This document shows positions 25,921-32,000 of a stretch of DNA of 32,000 nucleotides, in pieces. The notes below the pieces were generated by a model. That model was not told where the DNA came from. It was given only the letters and a program-made list of their open reading frames with translations, and did no database searches. The stretch is from contig NC_014034.1 of NCBI RefSeq assembly GCF_000021865.1, positions 900,001 through 932,000 of the forward strand. Direction: 5' to 3'. Position 1 is the first letter of the stretch; each line of letters opens with the position of its first letter. This stretch comes from Rhodobacter capsulatus SB 1003 (GTDB taxonomy: Bacteria > Pseudomonadota > Alphaproteobacteria > Rhodobacterales > Rhodobacteraceae). The translations under genes were made by a program, and so were the position numbers.

Positions 25921-28074
25921 TTATGCTTTGGCGGCCTTCACCTGCGCCCGGCGCTGGTGCAGCACCGGCTCGGTATAGCCCGAGGACTGGATCCGGGCGA
26001 GGAAGACCAGATCGCAGGCGGCCTGGAACGCCAGCCCGTCGAAATTCGGGGCCATCGGCTGATAGGCCGGATCGCCCGCATTCTGCCGGTCGACCACGGC
26101 CGCCATCTTGCGGAAGGCCTTCATCACCTGCGGCTCGCCGACGATGCCGTGATGCAGCCAGTTCGCCAGCGCCTGAGAGCTGATCCGCAACGTCGCGCGG
26201 TCTTCCATCAGGCCGGTGTCGTGAATGTCGGGCACCTTGGAACAGCCGATGCCCTGATCGACCCAGCGCACCACATAGCCCAGAATCCCCTGCGCGTTGT
26301 TTTCGATTTCGGCGGTGATCTCGGCCTCGGAATAGGTGCGCCCGACGGCAAGCGGGATCGTCAGCAGATCAAACAGCCGCAGCGGTCGTTGCAGCTGTGC
26401 GATCTCGCGTTGCCGCGCCTTCACGTCGACGCGGTGGTAATGCGTCGCATGCAGCGTGGCGGCGGTGGGCGAGGGCACCCAGGCGCAATTCGCCCCGGCC
26501 ATCGGATGGGCGATCTTTTGCGCCAGCATCTCGGCCATGTTGTCGGGCGCGGCCCACATCCCCTTGCCGATCTGCGCCTTGCCCGGCAACCCGCAGCGCA
26601 GGCCGATATCGACGTTGCGATCCTCGTAAGCGGAAATCCAGGGCTGCGATTTCATCTCGGCCTTGGTCACCATCGGCCCGGCTTCCATCGAGGTGAAAAT
26701 CTCGTCCCCGGTCCGGTCCAGAAAGCCCGAGTTGATGAAGGCCAGCCGATCCCTGGCGGCGCGGATGCATTCCTTGAGGTTGGCCGAGGTGCGGCGTTCC
26801 TCGTCCATGATGCCCAGTTTCACCGTATTGGCGGGCAGGCCCAGAACTTCCTCGACATGGGCGAAGCTGGCGCAGGTGAAGGCGACTTCCTCGGGGCCGT
26901 GCAGCTTCGGCTTGACCACATAGACCGAGCCGGTGGCGGAATTGGCGCCGCGCTTCAGGTCATGGAGCGCGCAAAGCGTGGTCACCATCGCATCCATCAG
27001 CCCCTCGGGCGCCTCGGCGCCGCTGCGGGTCAGGATCGCGGGGGTGGTCATCAGGGGCCCGACATTGCGCACGAGCATCAGCGCCCGGCCCTTGAGCGTG
27101 ACCGGGCCACCCGCGGGCGCGGTGAAGGTCAGATCGGGGGCAAGGGCGCGGGGGAAGCTGCGCCCGCCCTTGGTCACCGTTTCGGTCAGATCGCCGCGCA
27201 TCAGGCCCAGCCAGTTGCGATAGGCCAGAACCTTGTCGGCGGCATCGACGGTGGCCACCGAATCCTCGCAATCCATGATCGAGGACAGCGCCGATTCGAG
27301 CACCAGATCGGCCAGCCCCAGCGGATCGGTGGCACCGATCGGATGGCCGCGGTCAAGCTTCAGGATCAGATGCAAGCCGTTGTTGCGCAAAAGGATTTCG
27401 GTGGGCGCCTCGGGGGCGCCGCGACTGCCCGCGAATTGGGCGGGGTCCCTCAGCCCGGTTTCTTCGCCCGCCACTTCGGCGAACAGACCGCCGTCTTGCA
27501 GCCAAAGCCGCGTGGCTTGCGCCCAGGACCCGGCCACCAGCGGGCAGGCGGCATCCAGAAAGTCCTTGGCCCAGGCGATCACCTTGGCGCCGCGGACCGG
27601 GTCATAGCCGGGCGCGGCGGGCGGCGTTCCCAGCGCATCGGTGCCGTAAAGCGCGTCATAAAGGCTGCCCCAGCGCGCATTCGCGGCATTGAGCGCATAG
27701 CGCGCATTGGTGATCGGCACGACCAGCTGCGGGCCGCAGACCCGGGCGATCTCGGGATCGGTCGGGCCGGTCTCGATGCTGAAATCGGCGCCCTCGGGCA
27801 CCAGATAGCCGATCTCTTCCAGAAAGGCGCGATAGGCGGTGGCGTCATGGCCCTGCGTGCGGTGTTGCAGGTGCCAGGCGTCGATCTGCGCCTGCAGCTG
27901 GTCGCGCTTGTCCAGCAGCGCCCGGTTCTGCGGCCCGAACGCATGGATCAGCGCCGAAAACCCCGCCCAGAATCGCGCCGGATCGACCCCGGTGCCGGGC
28001 AGCGCCTCCGTTTCGATGAAGGTCGCCAGTTCGGCCGCAACCTGCAGCCCCTCGCGTTCCACGCGTTCCGTCAT
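25921..28074 (-). CDS. glcB: Malate synthase G
   Basis: In frame with ORF 25921..28140. The ATG at 28074 follows GGGAGGAG and gives 717 aa. The N-terminus [39 protein letters not shown]...[16 protein letters not shown] parallels E. coli GlcB. Length and internal motifs ([22 protein letters not shown]) fit. Confidence 0.95.
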   Translation of the reverse strand: MTERVEREGLQVAAELATFIETEALPGTGVDPARFWAGFSALIHAFGPQNRALLDKRDQLQAQIDAWHLQHRTQGHDATAYRAFLEEIGYLVPEGADFSIETGPTDPEIARVCGPQLVVPITNARYALNAANARWGSLYDALYGTDALGTPPAAPGYDPVRGAKVIAWAKDFLDAACPLVAGSWAQATRLWLQDGGLFAEVAGEETGLRDPAQFAGSRGAPEAPTEILLRNNGLHLILKLDRGHPIGATDPLGLADLVLESALSSIMDCEDSVATVDAADKVLAYRNWLGLMRGDLTETVTKGGRSFPRALAPDLTFTAPAGGPVTLKGRALMLVRNVGPLMTTPAILTRSGAEAPEGLMDAMVTTLCALHDLKRGANSATGSVYVVKPKLHGPEEVAFTCASFAHVEEVLGLPANTVKLGIMDEERRTSANLKECIRAARDRLAFINSGFLDRTGDEIFTSMEAGPMVTKAEMKSQPWISAYEDRNVDIGLRCGLPGKAQIGKGMWAAPDNMAEMLAQKIAHPMAGANCAWVPSPTAATLHATHYHRVDVKARQREIAQLQRPLRLFDLLTIPLAVGRTYSEAEITAEIENNAQGILGYVVRWVDQGIGCSKVPDIHDTGLMEDRATLRISSQALANWLHHGIVGEPQVMKAFRKMAAVVDRQNAGDPAYQPMAPNFDGLAFQAACDLVFLARIQSSGYTEPVLHQRRAQVKAAKA

Positions 28075-28230
28075 CGGCTCCTCCCAAGCTTTGGCCGGTA
28101 TCTTGGCCCTGATGCCGCCCCTGTCCAGCGAAATTCGCATCCGCGCCGGCTGTCGGCGATGCCTTGCCGGGGGGGCGGGAAGCGCCTAGCTTGCGCGAAA
28201 GCCCAGTGCAAGCCCAGTGCGAGGAAAGTC

Positions 28231-30777
28231 ATGGACGGCGTCACCCTTTTGTCGGATTACAAGCCCTATCCCTTTGAGATTGCGTCCGTTTCCTTGATTT
28301 TCCGGCTCGATCCGGCGGCCACGCGGGTTCTTGCGACGCTCGACGTGACGCCGCGGCAGCCGGGCGCCGACATGGTGTTGCAGGGCGAGGACCTCACGCT
28401 GATCTCACTTTCCCTTGACGGGCGGACGCTGGCCCCGGGCGACTATCTTCTGGACGAGACCGGCCTGACGCTGCCTGCCGCGGGGCTGCCCGCGGGCCCG
28501 TTCCGGCTGCAGACCGAGGTCGAGATCGCCCCCGCGGCCAATACCGCGCTCGAGGGGCTTTACATGTCGAACGGCATGTATTGCACCCAATGCGAGGCCG
28601 AGGGCTTTCGCCACATCACCTTTTACCCCGACCGTCCCGATGTGATGAGCCGCTTTCATGTCCGCATCGAGAGCGATCTGCCGGTGCTTTTGTCGAACGG
28701 CAACCCGGTCGGGCAGGGGCCGGGCTGGGCGGAATGGGACGATCCCTGGCCGAAGCCCGCCTATCTGTTCGCGCTGGTGGCGGGGGATCTGCGCGCCACC
28801 TCGGGCAGCTTCACCACGCGCTCGGGCCGCAAGGTCGATCTCAATATCTGGGTGCGCCCGGGCGACGAGGACCGCTGCGATTTCGCGCTGGGGGCGCTCG
28901 CCCGGTCGATGACATGGGACGAAGAGGCCTATGGGCGCGAATACGATCTGGATCTGTTCAACATCGTCGCGGTCGATGATTTCAACATGGGGGCGATGGA
29001 AAACAAGGGGTTGAACATCTTCAATTCGAAGCTGGTCCTGGCAAGCCCCGAAACCGCGACCGACACCGATTACGAACGCATCGAGGCGGTGATCGCGCAT
29101 GAATATTTCCACAACTGGACCGGCAACCGCATCACCTGCCGCGACTGGTTCCAGCTTTGCCTGAAGGAAGGCTTGACGGTCTATCGCGACCAAAGCTTCA
29201 CCCGCGACGTGCGGCTGGGCGGGCTCAAGCGCATCGAGGATGTGGCGGCCCTGCGCGCGCGCCAGTTCCGCGAGGATGCGGGCCCGCTTGCCCATCCGCC
29301 GCGGCCCGACCGTTACAAGGAAATCAACAACTTCTACACCGCGACCGTCTATGAAAAGGGCGCCGAGGTGGTGGGCATGCTGGCGACGCTTCTGGGCCCC
29401 GAGGGGTATCGCGCGGCGCTGGATCTCTATTTCGACCGCCACGACGGCCAGGCTTGCACCATCGAGGATTGGATCAAGGTCTTCGAGGATGCCTCGGGCC
29501 GTGATCTGAGCCAGTTCAAGCTCTGGTATACCCAGGCGGGCACGCCGAAGCTGACGGTGAGCGAAACCTATGCGGCCGGGACCCTGACGCTTGATGTGAT
29601 GCAGATGACCCCGCCCACCCCCGGCGAGACGGAAAAGCCGCCGCGCCACATTCCGCTGGCGGTGGGGCTGTTGTCGCCCAATGGCGACGAGGTGGTGCCG
29701 ACGGTGGTGCTGGAACTGACCGAGACGCGGCAAAGCTTCCGCTTCGAGGGGCTGTCGGCGCGGCCGGTGCCCTCGATCCTGCGCGGCTTTTCGGCGCCGG
29801 TGATCCTGGAACGGGCGACGACGCCCGCGGAACAGGCTTTCCTGCTGGCCCATGACACCGATCCCTTCAACCGTTGGGAGGCGGGGCGGACGCTGGCACG
29901 CCAGACCCTGATGGCGATGGCGCGCGGCGAGGGGGCGCAGCTTGATTATCTCGATGCGGTGGGGCGGCTGATCGCCGATGACGAGGCCGATCCGGGCTTT
30001 CGGGCCGCCTGTCTGCGCCTGCCGGGCGAGGACGAGATCGCCGCGGCGCTGTTCGCGCGCGGCGACACCCCCGACCCCGAGGCGATCCGGGTGGCGCGGC
30101 GCAAGCTGATGAAGATGCTGGCCACCCGTCACGGCGCGGCGCTGAGCCGGGTCTATGACAGCTGCGCGGTCGCGGGCCCCTACAGCCCCGACGCGGGGCC
30201 CGCCGGGCGCCGGGCGCTGCGGCTGGCCACGCTCGCGCTGCTGACGACCGAGGATGGCGGCGCGCGGGCGGCGGCCCTGTTTGCGGAAGCGACGAACATG
30301 ACCGAAAGCATCGGTGCGCTGAACCTGCTGGTGGCCGAGGGCAAGGGGCAGGGGCAGCTGGCCGGTTTCGCCGCGCGCTGGGCCGCCGATCCGCTGGTGA
30401 TGGACAAGTGGCGGATGGCGCAGGGCGCGCTGACGCCCCCCGAAGACGCGGCCGAAACCGTGGCGCGGCTGGCGGCGGCACCGGAGTTCGACTGGAAGAA
30501 CCCGAACCGCTTCCGCAGCCTTTTGGGCGGCTTTGCCGCCAACCATGCGGGCTTTCACCGCGCCGATGGCGCGGGCTATGCGCTTTACGCCGATTGGCTG
30601 TTGCGCCTCGATCCGCTCAATCCGCAGACCGCGGCGCGGATGTCGACCGCGTTTGAGACCTGGCGGCGTTACGATGCCCCCCGTCAGGCCCATGCGAAAG
30701 CGGCGCTGGCCCGGATCGCCGCCACCCCCGGCCTCAGCCGCGATCTTGGCGAGATGGTCGGGCGGCTTGCAGGCTGA
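28231..30777 (+). CDS. pepN: Aminopeptidase N (M1 family)
   Basis: This is the 3' part of the artificial ORF 25849..30777. The ATG at 28231 follows GAGGAAAG and gives 848 aa. GAMENKGLNIF, HEYFHNWTGNRITCRDWFQLCLKEGLTVY (HExxH plus E) and the PepN C-terminal DUF3458-type region are present. Confidence 0.96.
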   Translation: MDGVTLLSDYKPYPFEIASVSLIFRLDPAATRVLATLDVTPRQPGADMVLQGEDLTLISLSLDGRTLAPGDYLLDETGLTLPAAGLPAGPFRLQTEVEIAPAANTALEGLYMSNGMYCTQCEAEGFRHITFYPDRPDVMSRFHVRIESDLPVLLSNGNPVGQGPGWAEWDDPWPKPAYLFALVAGDLRATSGSFTTRSGRKVDLNIWVRPGDEDRCDFALGALARSMTWDEEAYGREYDLDLFNIVAVDDFNMGAMENKGLNIFNSKLVLASPETATDTDYERIEAVIAHEYFHNWTGNRITCRDWFQLCLKEGLTVYRDQSFTRDVRLGGLKRIEDVAALRARQFREDAGPLAHPPRPDRYKEINNFYTATVYEKGAEVVGMLATLLGPEGYRAALDLYFDRHDGQACTIEDWIKVFEDASGRDLSQFKLWYTQAGTPKLTVSETYAAGTLTLDVMQMTPPTPGETEKPPRHIPLAVGLLSPNGDEVVPTVVLELTETRQSFRFEGLSARPVPSILRGFSAPVILERATTPAEQAFLLAHDTDPFNRWEAGRTLARQTLMAMARGEGAQLDYLDAVGRLIADDEADPGFRAACLRLPGEDEIAAALFARGDTPDPEAIRVARRKLMKMLATRHGAALSRVYDSCAVAGPYSPDAGPAGRRALRLATLALLTTEDGGARAAALFAEATNMTESIGALNLLVAEGKGQGQLAGFAARWAADPLVMDKWRMAQGALTPPEDAAETVARLAAAPEFDWKNPNRFRSLLGGFAANHAGFHRADGAGYALYADWLLRLDPLNPQTAARMSTAFETWRRYDAPRQAHAKAALARIAATPGLSRDLGEMVGRLAG

Positions 30778-30783
30778 AAGCGC

Positions 30784-30858
30784 CGGGGCGCTGCCCCGGA
30801 CCCCGGCGTATTTGCGCCAAGAAGAAGCTCCTCCGTTTCTTCTTGGCAAAAATACGCC
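30784..30858. repeat. Short variant of the intergenic element (GGCGTATTT subtype, outer right modules missing)
   Basis: CGGGGCGCTGCCCCG is followed by the hairpin GGCGTATTTGCGCCAAGAAGAA / TTCTTCTTGGCAAAAATACGCC (22-nt arms, 2 mismatches). The 3' flank CCCTTTCGACC resembles the 3' flank of the 4907 copy (CCCTTTCTTTCGACC). Confidence 0.7.
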
Positions 30859-30950
30859 CTTTCGACCTTACACCCGCCGCGCGGGCGGGCCATCTTGCCC
30901 CGCGCCACGCCCTGCCCTAGAAGGGCTCAAGCCGAGAAAGGGAACCCGCA

Positions 30951-32000
30951 ATGCTTGATCACCTTGCCTTCACCGCCCCCGAACCGAAAGTCATTGCCGG
31001 CGCGAAAAGCGACTGGGAACTGGTGATCGGGATGGAGGTGCACGCGCAGGTGGCCTCGAATGCGAAGCTGTTCTCGGGCGCCTCGACCATGTTCGGCAAT
31101 GAGCCCAATGCCAACGTCGCCTTTGTCGATGCGGCGATGCCGGGCATGCTGCCGGTGATCAACGAATTCTGCGTGGCGCAGGCCGTGCGCACCGGGCTGG
31201 CGCTGAAAGCCGGGATCAACCTGCGTTCGGCCTTTGACCGCAAGAACTACTTCTACCCCGACCTGCCGCAGGGCTATCAGATTTCGCAGCTCTACCACCC
31301 GATCGTGGGCGAGGGCGAGATCATCGTCGACATGGGGCCGGGCGTGGCGCGCAAGGTGCGGATCGAGCGGATCCACCTGGAACAGGATGCGGGCAAGTCG
31401 ATCCATGACATGGACCCGACCATGTCCTTCGTCGATTTCAACCGCACCGGTGTGGCGCTGATGGAAATCGTCTCGCGCCCCGACATTCGCGGCCCGGAAG
31501 AAGCGGCGGCCTATATCGCCAAGCTGCGGCAGATCCTGCGTTACATCGGCACCTGCGACGGCAACATGCAGAACGGCAACCTGCGCGCCGATGTGAACGT
31601 CTCGGTCTGCCGTCCGGGGCAATACGAGAAATATCAGGCGACCCAGGATTTCAGCCATCTGGGCACGCGCTGCGAGATCAAGAACATGAACTCGATGCGC
31701 TTCATCCAGCAGGCGATCGATTACGAAGCCCGCCGCCAGATCGCTATTCTGGAGGATGGCGGGTCGATCGTGCAGGAAACCCGGCTTTACGACCCGGACA
31801 AGGGCGAGACGCGGTCGATGCGCTCCAAGGAAGAGGCGCATGATTACCGCTATTTCCCCTGCCCGGACCTGCTGCCTTTGGAGATCGAACAGGCCTGGGT
31901 CGATGACATCGGCGCCACGATGCCGGAACTGCCCGATGAGAAAAAGGCCCGTTTCGTCAAGGATCTGGGGCTTTCCGAATATGACGCCTCGGTGCTGACG
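30951..32000 (+). CDS. gatB: Asp-tRNA(Asn)/Glu-tRNA(Gln) amidotransferase subunit B, 5' portion (continues past the right edge)
   Basis: Absent from the ORF track because no stop occurs before the window end. From the ATG at 30951 (after AAAGGGA) it reads [43 protein letters not shown]...[18 protein letters not shown]...HLEQDAGKS...[10 protein letters not shown]. It stays open for all 350 codons to position 32000. Confidence 0.93.
   Translation, partial: MLDHLAFTAPEPKVIAGAKSDWELVIGMEVHAQVASNAKLFSGASTMFGNEPNANVAFVDAAMPGMLPVINEFCVAQAVRTGLALKAGINLRSAFDRKNYFYPDLPQGYQISQLYHPIVGEGEIIVDMGPGVARKVRIERIHLEQDAGKSIHDMDPTMSFVDFNRTGVALMEIVSRPDIRGPEEAAAYIAKLRQILRYIGTCDGNMQNGNLRADVNVSVCRPGQYEKYQATQDFSHLGTRCEIKNMNSMRFIQQAIDYEARRQIAILEDGGSIVQETRLYDPDKGETRSMRSKEEAHDYRYFPCPDLLPLEIEQAWVDDIGATMPELPDEKKARFVKDLGLSEYDASVLT

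Noticed and set aside
25849-28230. N-terminal 794-codon extension of the pepN reading frame (ORF 25849..30777, 1642 aa)
   Set aside because: The extension is antisense to malate synthase G and starts inside a repeat element. Recognisable PepN sequence begins only at the ATG at 28231, which has a good RBS.
4907-30858. Possibility that the recurring GC-rich repeats form a CRISPR array
   Set aside because: The copies are kilobases apart and separated by housekeeping genes. They are internally palindromic and modular, with no regular repeat-spacer periodicity, and no cas genes are present.

Overview
By eye this is about two-thirds G+C, with gene content typical of an alphaproteobacterial chromosome (Rhodobacterales-like). 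The window is mostly core housekeeping DNA. It starts with the 5' part of a minus-strand L-lactate dehydrogenase gene. The distal half of the dcw division/cell-wall cluster follows on the plus strand: ftsW-murG-murC-small membrane protein-murB-ddl-ftsQ-ftsA-ftsZ, then lpxC, bamD and recN. Next come a minus-strand FAD-linked D-lactate dehydrogenase plus NTF2-like pair, a MaoC-Pta fusion plus ackA operon, and a minus-strand cobS-cobT-pepP operon. The window ends with a DUF4177-like gene, a J-domain protein, malate synthase G (minus), aminopeptidase N and the 5' part of gatB. Several junctions overlap (ATGA, GTGA, TGATG), which suggests translational coupling. I found no rRNA, tRNA, CRISPR array, transposase, integrase or defence-type gene, and no convincing novel protein system. 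The main signal the genes do not explain is a family of modular nested-palindromic intergenic elements of about 140-147 bp. It has six full or partial copies, and one sits inside the dcw operon. Its inner hairpin arms differ between copies by matched changes on both arms. Secondary observations are DnaA-box-like and GANTC motifs in an AT-rich island upstream of ftsZ, ldh where murD normally precedes ftsW, and a cobS-cobT pair co-oriented with pepP and no other cob genes in view. The many long ORFs antisense to or out of frame with these genes are high-GC artefacts.
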